From: Dehalococcoidia bacterium | Lineage (GTDB): Bacteria; Chloroflexota; Dehalococcoidia; Bin125 | DNA length: 64,000 nt | Assembly: GCA_965209205.1 (NCBI GenBank) | Contig: CBDBQC010000003.1 | Span: 532,433 to 596,432 of the forward strand | Direction: 5' to 3' | In this document: piece by piece, positions 1 through 8,415 of the stretch | Layout of the letters: every line of letters begins with the position of its first letter | How positions within the stretch are numbered: the stretch's first letter is position 1 | Notes under the pieces: model-generated | What the model saw: only the letters and a program-made list of their open reading frames with translations | Told to the model about the DNA's origin: nothing | Databases searched by the model: none | Program-made: the position numbers and the translations under genes

Positions 1-250
1 TCGCCGCCAGGTCGTGCTCGGCGAGGCCGGTGTCGAGGCCGTTGATGCGCACGCAGAGCAGCCGGCCGCGGGCGTCGAAGCGGGGCAGCGCGGCGGCGAC
101 GGTGTCGCGGGCGGCGCCCTTGTCGTCCCAGGCGACGGAGTCTTCGAGGTCGAAGCAGATGATGTCGGCCGGCACCGCCAGCGCCTTGTCGATGAAGCGC
201 TGCTGGTTGCCGGGCACCGAGAGCATGCTGCGCAGGATGGGCGCGCTCAT
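1..250 (-). CDS. HpcH/HpaI aldolase / citrate lyase beta (CitE)-family protein, 5' part (runs off window start)
   Basis: Not in ORF track. Manual minus-strand translation from ATG at 250: MSAPILRSMLSVPGNQQRFIDKALAVPADIICFDLEDSV...LLCVRINGLDTG, with the CitE-family RSxLxVP, DLEDSV and VRIN motifs. Confidence 0.88.
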   Translation of the reverse strand, partial: MSAPILRSMLSVPGNQQRFIDKALAVPADIICFDLEDSVAWDDKGAARDTVAAALPRFDARGRLLCVRINGLDTGLAEHDLAA

Positions 251-414
251 GGGTCGGCAGCATAGCGGTCGCGCGGCGCGGGGGCCGTCAGCAGGCCGTC
301 GGGTGGACCCTCGTCGGAGCTAATGCAGTCAAACTTGAAGTTCTGGGGGGTTAACTTGAACTCGTCGGGCGGAAAGTAGAAGTTGAGATGGCCCTCGATA
401 GGTCCGGAGAGCCG

Positions 415-420
415 TAGGAT
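415..420 (+). promoter_or_regulatory. Putative -10 box (TAGGAT) for leaderless transcript of the endonuclease gene
   Basis: TAGGAT lies 6 nt before the GTG at 427 and there is no SD. The TAG at 415-417 is in frame, so the ORF cannot extend upstream. Confidence 0.5.
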
Positions 421-426
421 CACTGC

Positions 427-975
427 GTGGCTGGTTCAGGTCGTCGCAAAGTTCAGGATGACACGCGTGAGGTGACCCTCGCGCGCCTTCTGGAGTTGCA
501 GCCGAGCGAGCGTCGGATCGGGCCGGACGCGACCGATGAGAATGGGAACACATACGAACTGAAGACGACGACGACCAAGGGCCTCAGCACGGGACGAGAC
601 GTGGGGCAGCGCTTTCTCGATGGACTTCGCCAGTGCTACTTCATCGCGGCGAGGGGTCAGCAGACGACGTACGCGTTCGCGTTCGAAGAGATCTACTTCC
701 TTCACCCCGACGACCTTGAAGACTGGATTCAGGCGATCGAAGACCGGTTGCGTGATGACCTAACCGTCGTTGCGGAGGCCCTCGGAGCGCTCGAACGGGA
801 GGGCGCGGACAAGCTGAAGTTGGAGCGACTTCGCTCCATCGGCGAGCGTGGCGTCACGTTGAACAATCCGAAGATCCCATGGGCCTACGTGGAGAGCCAT
901 GGGGCACGCCTGGGCTCTACGCCGTCGGCAGACCTGCGAAGGCTAGTTGCCGAGCGTCCACTCGCTTCGTCCTAG
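427..975 (+). CDS. PvuII-family type II restriction endonuclease homologue (PD-(D/E)xK)
   Basis: PDATDENGNTYELKT..KGLST, IYFLHPDDLE and LNNPKIPWAYVESHG match R.PvuII as I recall it (NDAVDNAGQEYELKS..KGFST, IYRLEPKDLE, INNPKIPVKYVMEHG). Catalytic D34-x9-E44-x-K46 has PvuII spacing. Confidence 0.85.
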   Translation: MAGSGRRKVQDDTREVTLARLLELQPSERRIGPDATDENGNTYELKTTTTKGLSTGRDVGQRFLDGLRQCYFIAARGQQTTYAFAFEEIYFLHPDDLEDWIQAIEDRLRDDLTVVAEALGALEREGADKLKLERLRSIGERGVTLNNPKIPWAYVESHGARLGSTPSADLRRLVAERPLASS

Positions 976-1612
976 GGCGGATCGGCCGCCGATCCGCCCA
1001 GGCCTCGCATGCCGCTCTCTTCTGAGCTTCTGTCAGGGGGCGTGCGAACTCGAACAAGAAGGATGTCTTCGTGTGAAGATAGTCGGGGTTCAACTGGTCG
1101 TGACCGCCATTCCTTCGGTGCGCACTGCCATGGAGGGATCCGCCGCTCTTGCCGACCTCCGAGAAGTTGGCCGCGCGGTAGATCGTGCCTTCATGATGGA
1201 CGTCGTCTGCCCACGATACGCAGGCCGCGATGTCTGGGAGATGAGGGTACTTGCCGTGCCAATCCTGACGGATCCTGCGGAGCGATCTGCCGACGGCGCA
1301 GCTTGCGATCGAGAGCGTGTGTTCCATCCCCTGCGAGTCGGTGACTGTTTGCCCTTGCACTTCAGGGTCGATCCACAGGCGAGCCAACTCCACGAGGTTC
1401 ATCGGGCCATGGCCCTGAAATTTCACGCTGAGCCGGGGGAGGGCGAACAACAGAACCCCACAACGCTGGCCGTCCAGCAGAATCCAATAGGGCATCTGCG
1501 CCATCGTGCGACCGCGGTGGAGGTAGTGGTTCTCAACGATGACCTGAGTCGCCTCCTTCAGGTTCGCGACCTCAAGTGCGATTCGGCTGCGGAGCGTCGG
1601 GCTGGAAGTCAT
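917..1612 (-). CDS. Mom-family (phage Mu Mom-like, GNAT fold) DNA adenine modification protein, 231 aa
   Basis: Motifs IVENHYLH, GVLLFA, VELARLWI, SWAD..HEGTIYRAANF..VG typical of Mom-like proteins. Start at ATG 1612 overlaps the upstream stop (ATGA). Confidence 0.8.
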   Translation of the reverse strand: MTSSPTLRSRIALEVANLKEATQVIVENHYLHRGRTMAQMPYWILLDGQRCGVLLFALPRLSVKFQGHGPMNLVELARLWIDPEVQGQTVTDSQGMEHTLSIASCAVGRSLRRIRQDWHGKYPHLPDIAACVSWADDVHHEGTIYRAANFSEVGKSGGSLHGSAHRRNGGHDQLNPDYLHTKTSFLFEFARPLTEAQKRAACEAWADRRPIRPRTKRVDARQLAFAGLPTA

Positions 1613-1785
1613 GCTTGTTCCGCCCCGTATGGAGCCGCCTCCTCCGCGGCTCGGCGCTGTTTGCGGGGGGAATCCCAGTAGGCGCTCTTGCACCGCGGGC
1701 AGACTTTGGGCACTGCCTTGGTCCGCGGCACCCATTCGTGGCCGCACCGTTCGCACTGGTAGCCGAGGAAGCTCACCCTGCCCAT
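1609..1785 (-). CDS. Small zinc-ribbon protein (58 aa, CxxC-x14-CxxC), positionally analogous to Mu Com
   Basis: Below ORF-track cutoff. Manual translation: MGRVSFLGYQCERCGHEWVPRTKAVPKVCPRCKSAYWDSPRKQRRAAEEAAPYGAEQA*. Its TGA overlaps the ATG of the Mom-like gene. Confidence 0.85.
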   Translation of the reverse strand: MGRVSFLGYQCERCGHEWVPRTKAVPKVCPRCKSAYWDSPRKQRRAAEEAAPYGAEQA

Positions 1786-1789
1786 ACGA

Positions 1790-1810
1790 CTACTATATTA
1801 TCAGTAGTAG
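1790..1810 (-). promoter_or_regulatory. AT-rich leaderless promoter with overlapping inverted repeat CTACTA-N9-TAGTAG
   Basis: Minus strand reads cctactactgataaTATAGTagtcgtATG: -10-like TATAGT 6 nt before ATG 1785. IR arms at 1790-1795 and 1805-1810. Confidence 0.6.
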
Positions 1811-1845
1811 GCACCCGCAACGGTGTTATTGGAAAGAGCGTCCCC

Positions 1846-2532
1846 TCAGCCCGACGGGAAGGCGACGTTCAGCGCCGGCACCTCCGACGGGTGGCGCGTG
1901 AGGCGGCCGCGCAGGCCGTGGGCGCGCAGGGCGGCGTCGTCGGGCGGGTGGGACGGCAGGGGCAGGCCCTCGACGGCGGGCAGGCCCGATGCCTGGGCGG
2001 CGAAGACGACCGCCGCGCGGGCGGCGTCGAGCAGGCCGGGGGCGGGCACGTCGAGGACGAGCTCCATGGCGAGCGGGGCCGTCGCGACGCCGAGCCAGGT
2101 CAGGCGGCTGCTGGCCGCGGCCAGTTGCGACACGCGCCCCAGCGCGGCCGCGCTCTCGATCCAGAGGCCCAGGGCGGTGAGGCCGGGCTCGATGCCGGCG
2201 CGCCCCTCGACATCCTCCAGCAGGGAATCGACGAAGCGCAGCTGGTCGACGTGCACGACGCCGGGCAGCGAGACGCCGTAGACGCCGTCGCGCAGGGTGG
2301 CGAGCAGCTGCTCGCGCAGGTTGGGCGACTGCGGGCCGCGGCTGTGCAGGTAGACGCGGTGGCCGGCCTGCCGCAGCCCATCGATCGCCGCCACGGCGGC
2401 GTCGTGGCCGCCGGCGTCGGTGTGCATGAGATCGACGAGGGTGGCGTCGGGGAGTGCGGGGGCGTCCGCGCCGATCCCGGCGAGGCCGTCGCTGTCGGCG
2501 GGGACGAGCAGCAGTGAGCGGACGGTGTCCAT
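1846..2532 (-). CDS. HpcH/CitE-like aldolase/lyase paralogue, degenerate active site
   Basis: RSLLLVP, GVSLP, WIESAAAL, ARAAVVFAAQASGLPAVE. SD GGAG before ATG 2532. Confidence 0.75.
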   Translation of the reverse strand: MDTVRSLLLVPADSDGLAGIGADAPALPDATLVDLMHTDAGGHDAAVAAIDGLRQAGHRVYLHSRGPQSPNLREQLLATLRDGVYGVSLPGVVHVDQLRFVDSLLEDVEGRAGIEPGLTALGLWIESAAALGRVSQLAAASSRLTWLGVATAPLAMELVLDVPAPGLLDAARAAVVFAAQASGLPAVEGLPLPSHPPDDAALRAHGLRGRLTRHPSEVPALNVAFPSG

Positions 2533-2566
2533 CGCTCCTCCCTTCAAGACAGAGGTCGCGGCCGGG

Positions 2567-3871
<1,305 letters not shown>

Positions 3872-3957
3872 CGCGGCGGCTCCTCCTTGCGGCGTGCGGG
3901 CCCGCGGCCGGCGGGCCGACGGTCGGCAGGCTATCACGGGCTGGCTACGCTTCCGGG

Positions 3958-4920
3958 GTGCCGAGTGACGTCGCGCCGGTCCGCTACGAGTACAACTGGA
4001 ATCCCCTGGTGGGGTGCCTGCAGGGGCTGCTGCGCGCCGCCGGGCTGCCGCACGACGCCGCGCGGGTGAGCGCCGTGAGCGGCGAGGCGTTCCGCCTGCC
4101 GTCGTTGGCCGCCGAGCCCCGGCAGCCGGCCTTCGCGGCGGGCGCGGATCACCCCCGCGACCTCTCCGCCCTCGCCGACGACCTGGCCTTGCTGGGACTG
4201 CGCGCCCGCGTCGACGTGTGGGACCTGCGGTCGGGCCGTCGGCCGCTGCTGGGGCGACGGCTGGGGCGGCGCCTGCGTCGCGCCCTGGCCGAGGGACGCG
4301 CGGCGGCGCTCTCGGGCGCGGCGGGCGGCGACTTCGGCCTGCTGCTGGCCTACGATGGCGCGCGCCGCGCCTACCGCGTCGACGGTCCGCTGAGCGAGGA
4401 GATCGGCGGCTGGCTGCGCGCGGACCGCGTCCCGGACCCGGACGCTGCCTGGCTGGCGACCGTCATCCCCGAGGCGGCGACGGCCGAGGGGCCGGCGGGC
4501 GCGGCCGCGCTCGTGCGGCGCGCGGCCGCGCACCAGCGCGACGCCGGACGCGCGCAGCTCGTGCGCGACTGGGTGGCGCTCCTGCGCTCGCAGGTCGAGA
4601 TCGACGCGGCGGGGCACGCGCGGGCGGCGCAGACGCTGGCCGCGTCGGCGGGCGAGGCGGCGCGCTTCTACCGGCAGGCGGCGGCGGAGGGGGTCGCCGA
4701 GGCGGCGCCCCTCGCCGAGCCGGCGGCGGCCCTGGCGCTGGCCCTGTCGCGCTTCGCGACGCTGTTCCCCTTCCCCGGCGGCGGCGACGTCGTCGCCGGG
4801 GGGCGCGAGGCGGGGGCGCGGTCGCTGGAGTCGGCGTTGCGCGCCGAAGCGGCGCCGGCGGCCGCGCCGCCGCCGCCCGACCCGGACCCGCGCCGGGACG
4901 CAGGCGAGAATCCCGGCTAG
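3958..4920 (+). CDS. Hypothetical protein (weak resemblance to BtrH-N/C39-like folds)
   Basis: 320-aa ORF with host-like codon usage filling the gap; family call is tentative. Confidence 0.65.
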   Translation: MPSDVAPVRYEYNWNPLVGCLQGLLRAAGLPHDAARVSAVSGEAFRLPSLAAEPRQPAFAAGADHPRDLSALADDLALLGLRARVDVWDLRSGRRPLLGRRLGRRLRRALAEGRAAALSGAAGGDFGLLLAYDGARRAYRVDGPLSEEIGGWLRADRVPDPDAAWLATVIPEAATAEGPAGAAALVRRAAAHQRDAGRAQLVRDWVALLRSQVEIDAAGHARAAQTLAASAGEAARFYRQAAAEGVAEAAPLAEPAAALALALSRFATLFPFPGGGDVVAGGREAGARSLESALRAEAAPAAAPPPPDPDPRRDAGENPG

Positions 4921-4935
4921 GATCGCGGCGGGAGG

Positions 4936-5247
4936 ATGATCATCGTGCCGGTACACGTGCGCATGTTTACGACGCTGGTGGCGCTGTCGAAGACGAAGCA
5001 GCCCAAGTTCGACATCGACTGGCGCGCGGGGATGACCGTGGGGGACATCGTCGCGGCGGAGGGCTTCAGCGAGCAGGACGCGGAGGCCATCGCGGCCGTG
5101 GTCAACCGCGAGCAGTCTGAGTTCGACCGCCGGCTGCATGACGGCGACGAGGTGGAGTTGATCGTCAACCTGCAAGGTGGAGCGGCGGTGTATGCGATGG
5201 TGGAGAACGTGGCCGGCTGCGTTGACACGCCCCCGGCCCGCTCATAG
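4936..5247 (+). CDS. MoaD/ThiS-family ubiquitin-like sulfur carrier with C-terminal extension after GG
   Basis: VHVRMF...TVGDIV...AVVN...RLHDGDEVELIVNLQGG followed by 21 extra residues. SD GGAGG. Confidence 0.85.
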   Translation: MIIVPVHVRMFTTLVALSKTKQPKFDIDWRAGMTVGDIVAAEGFSEQDAEAIAAVVNREQSEFDRRLHDGDEVELIVNLQGGAAVYAMVENVAGCVDTPPARS

Positions 5248-5250
5248 CAT
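5222..5250 (+). promoter_or_regulatory. Sigma70 promoter of pyrG
   Basis: TTGACA (5222-5227), 17 nt, TAGCAT (5245-5250). Confidence 0.7.
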
Positions 5251-5301
5251 TTCGACTAGAACAGACGGTCGAATCGCCGTCGCGGGCACACAAGCGAGTT
5301 G

Positions 5302-6939
5302 ATGCCGAAGTACATCTTTGTCACGGGCGGGGTGGTCAGTTCGGTCGGCAAGGGCATCAGCACCGCCTCCCTCGCGAAACTGCTCAAGAGCCGCGGCCTC
5401 TCGGTCACCGTCCAAAAGCTCGACCCGTACCTCAACGTCGACCCCGGCACGATGTCGCCCTACCAGCACGGCGAGGTCTTCGTGACCGCCGACGGCGCCG
5501 AGACCGACCTGGACCTGGGCCACTACGAGCGCTTCCTGGGCGAGGACCTGACGGGCGCCTCGTCGGTCACGATGGGGCAGATCAACTCCGCCGTGATCGA
5601 GCAGGAGCGCCGCGGCGACCACCTGGGCGGGACGATCCAGACGGTTCCGCACATCACCGACGAGATCAAGTCGCGCGTGCGCGGGCTGGCGAAGGCGGCC
5701 GGCGCGGACGTGCTGATCGTTGAGGTGGGGGGCACCGTCGGCGACATCGAGGGGCAGCCGTTCCTGGAGGCGATCCGCCAGATCCGCTCCGAGGAGGCGC
5801 GCGAGGACACGCTCTCGGTCCACGTCACGATGCTGCCCTACCTGCGCGCGTCGCGGGAGGTGAAGACGAAACCCACCCAGCACTCGGTGCGCGAGTTGCG
5901 CTCGATGGGCTTGCAGCCGGACATGATCTTCGCCCGCGCCGAGATGCCCGTCGAGGAGAGCATCAAAGCCAAGATCGCGCTCTTCTGCGACGTGGAGTCG
6001 CGCGCGGTGGTCCCCCTCGAGACGATGCCCAGCATCTACCAGGTGCCGCAGGTGCTCGAGGACGCGGGCGTCTCCGACCTCGTCGTCGAGAAGCTGGCGC
6101 TGCCGGCCGCCGAGCGCGACCTCGCCGGCTGGCGCGACTGGGTGCGGCGGCTGCGCAACCCGGCGGGGCACTGCACGATCGCCGTGGTCGGGAAGTACGT
6201 CGAGCTGCACGACTCCTACCTCTCGGTGCGCGAAGCGCTGATCCACGCGGGCGTCGAGCGCGGCGTCGACGTGGACGTGCGCTGGGTGCAGTCGGAGGGG
6301 CTGGAGTCGCGCGACGTGGCGGCGGAGCTGGAGGGCGTCGCGGGGGTCATCGTGCCGGGCGGGTTCGGCCGCCGGGGCGCGGAGGGCGAGATCGCCGCGG
6401 CGCGCTTCGCCCGCGAGACCGGGCTGCCCTACCTGGGGCTGTGCCGCGGCATGCAGCAGATGGTGATCGAGTTCGCCCGCAACGTGCTGGGCGAGCCGGA
6501 GGCGACCTCGACCGAATTCAAGGAGAAGACGCCGGCGCCGGTGATCTCGCTGCTCTCCGAGCAGGAGGAGGTGGTGGACCGGGGCGGCACGATGCGGCTG
6601 GGACACTACGACTGCCGGCTGGTCGCGGGGACGCGCGCCCGCGCCGCCTACGGCGTGGAGGCCGTCGAGGAGCGGCACCGGCATCGCTGGGAGTTCAACA
6701 ACCGCTACCGGGACGCGCTGGAGCGGGTCGGCCTGCGCGCCAGCGGGGTCTCGCCCGATGGCCGCCTGGTGGAGATCGCCGAGCTGCGCGATCACCCCTT
6801 CATGCTGGGATCGCAGTTCCACCCCGAGTTGCGCTCGCGGCCGGGACGGCCGCACCCGCTGTTCGCGGCGCTGATGGACGCCGCGCTCGCGGGCGGCCGG
6901 CGCGCCCAGCGGCCCGTCGCGGCGGCGAGTCGCGCCTGA
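5302..6939 (+). CDS. pyrG: CTP synthase
   Basis: KYIFVTGGVVSSVGKG, KLDPYLNVDPGTMSPYQHGEV, GLCRGMQ, ERHRHR, QFHPE. Confidence 0.99.
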   Translation: MPKYIFVTGGVVSSVGKGISTASLAKLLKSRGLSVTVQKLDPYLNVDPGTMSPYQHGEVFVTADGAETDLDLGHYERFLGEDLTGASSVTMGQINSAVIEQERRGDHLGGTIQTVPHITDEIKSRVRGLAKAAGADVLIVEVGGTVGDIEGQPFLEAIRQIRSEEAREDTLSVHVTMLPYLRASREVKTKPTQHSVRELRSMGLQPDMIFARAEMPVEESIKAKIALFCDVESRAVVPLETMPSIYQVPQVLEDAGVSDLVVEKLALPAAERDLAGWRDWVRRLRNPAGHCTIAVVGKYVELHDSYLSVREALIHAGVERGVDVDVRWVQSEGLESRDVAAELEGVAGVIVPGGFGRRGAEGEIAAARFARETGLPYLGLCRGMQQMVIEFARNVLGEPEATSTEFKEKTPAPVISLLSEQEEVVDRGGTMRLGHYDCRLVAGTRARAAYGVEAVEERHRHRWEFNNRYRDALERVGLRASGVSPDGRLVEIAELRDHPFMLGSQFHPELRSRPGRPHPLFAALMDAALAGGRRAQRPVAAASRA

Positions 6940-6995
6940 GGCCTCCCCGCGGCCCGATCCGGTAAGCGAGCGCCCCGCATGACCGAGGACACCCG

Positions 6996-7475
6996 ATGAC
7001 CGAAGACGACGTCTTCCGGCTGCTGCACATGCTGTCGCTGTTCGTGTTCCTGGCGGGGCTGGGCGCGACGATGCTGCCGCTCTATCGCGCCTGGAACAGC
7101 GACGACGTGCAGCGGCAGGTCTACGCGTTCCAGGAGGCCGCCCGCAACCAGGCCGGCGTGCTGCTGCCCGGCATGATCCTGACCGGCGTCAGCGGCGTCG
7201 TCTGGGCGATCGTCGCCGATCACGTGGACCCCATCGAGACGGGTTGGCTGCTGGCCGTGGAGCTGCTTTACCTGGGCGCCCTGTTCATCTGTCTGCCGGG
7301 CATGGTCGCCGGGCTGCGCCGGGCGCGGCTGCTGGCGCTGCAGGCGCAGCACAGCGGCGAGGTGAGCGACGAGTTACGTGAAACGCTGGCCGACAAGGGG
7401 CCGGTGGTCTTCGGTACACTGATGCTGGTGCTGGTGGTGCTGATGACGGCGCTCTCGATCAGCAAGCCGTTCTGA
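6996..7475 (+). CDS. Four-TM membrane protein (DUF2269-like)
   Basis: Four hydrophobic segments, N-terminal LHMLS, C-terminal KPF. Confidence 0.75.
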   Translation: MTEDDVFRLLHMLSLFVFLAGLGATMLPLYRAWNSDDVQRQVYAFQEAARNQAGVLLPGMILTGVSGVVWAIVADHVDPIETGWLLAVELLYLGALFICLPGMVAGLRRARLLALQAQHSGEVSDELRETLADKGPVVFGTLMLVLVVLMTALSISKPF

Positions 7476-7544
7476 GCGGCCCCACGGTCGCGGCGCGGTG
7501 CAGGCCCGGACGGCGCGCGGCCGCCGGTGCGAAGGGACAACCCC

Positions 7545-8234
7545 ATGCGGCTCTTTCTGGATACGGCCGACAGCGACGAGATCCGTCAGGCGGTGCGCTG
7601 GGGCGTCTGCGACGGCGTGACCACCAACCCCACGCTGTTCGCGAAGGTCAGCGACCGCGCGGGCTCCTACAAGGAGCGCGTGCAGGAGATCGCGGCCATC
7701 GTCGATGGCCCCATCTCGGCCGAGTGCGTGAGCCGCAGCGCCGACGAGCTCGTCGCCGAGGCGCGGGAGATCGCGAGCTGGCATCCCAACGTGGTGGTCA
7801 AGATCCCCCTCGACGCGGCCGGGCTGGAGGCGATCCATCGCGTCAGCGGCGAGGGCATCCGCGTCAATACGACGCTGATCTTCTCGGCCAACCAGGCCCT
7901 GCTGGCAGCGAATGCCGGCGCCGCCTACGTGAGCCCGTTCATCGGGCGGCTGGACGACATTGGTCAGGACGGCGTGACGCTGGTGGCGGAGATCGTGGAG
8001 ATGCTGGATCGCTACCACAGCCCGGCGCAGGTCATCGCGGCCAGCGTGCGGCACGTGGGGCACGTGAGCGCCTGCGCCGCCGTGGGGGCGCACATCGCGA
8101 CGCTGCCCTTCCCGGTGCTGAAGGCCATGCTCCAGCACCCGCTGACCGACAAGGGCATCGCCTCCTTCCTGGCCGACTGGGATCGGGCGCAGGCGCAGCA
8201 GCGGGCGCGCACCGAGTCGCTGCCGGGCCGCTGA
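7545..8234 (+). CDS. tal: Transaldolase (small TalC/FSA type)
   Basis: LFLDTAD, GVTTNPTL, VVVKIP, YVSPFIGRLDD, AASVRH. Confidence 0.95.
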   Translation: MRLFLDTADSDEIRQAVRWGVCDGVTTNPTLFAKVSDRAGSYKERVQEIAAIVDGPISAECVSRSADELVAEAREIASWHPNVVVKIPLDAAGLEAIHRVSGEGIRVNTTLIFSANQALLAANAGAAYVSPFIGRLDDIGQDGVTLVAEIVEMLDRYHSPAQVIAASVRHVGHVSACAAVGAHIATLPFPVLKAMLQHPLTDKGIASFLADWDRAQAQQRARTESLPGR

Positions 8235-8289
8235 GCGGTGATCGGCCCTGCTGTGTCGTCCGGTGTGTCGGAGGCGGTATCGCAGTTGC

Positions 8290-8319
8290 TTGCCATGCGC
8301 CCGCCCGCTGGGCTAGGCT
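8290..8319 (+). promoter_or_regulatory. Putative rho promoter
   Basis: TTGCCA, 18 nt, TAGGCT, followed by a ~90-nt C-rich leader. Confidence 0.45.
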
Positions 8320-8415
8320 CGACATAGCGGAGTGGTCGCAACGCGACCGCCGCGCCCCTTCCGACCCTCCGGATGAAACACCGCCGCCGCCGCGGCTGGT
8401 GAAGGTTCACAAAGC

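Larger units (their letters stand above)
310..1835. other. Small horizontally acquired island (3 genes), candidate defence cassette; borders approximate
   Basis: Hand-counted 60-nt lines are mostly 52-57% GC (one 72%) versus 85% in a flanking line. Sits between two co-oriented CitE-like genes. No integrase or terminal repeats seen. Confidence 0.75.

Noticed and set aside
329-553. Possible C-protein or methyltransferase fragment upstream of the nuclease
   Set aside because: No HTH or MTase motifs recognised in the minus-strand ORF or the other frames I read.
947-1681. 244-aa plus-strand ORF in the island
   Set aside because: Antisense shadow of the Mom-like gene with no recognisable motifs.
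1613-1756. ORF-track 279-aa version of the Mom-like gene starting at 1756
   Set aside because: The extension is low-complexity and overlaps the zinc-ribbon ORF in another frame; ATGA coupling supports the start at 1612.
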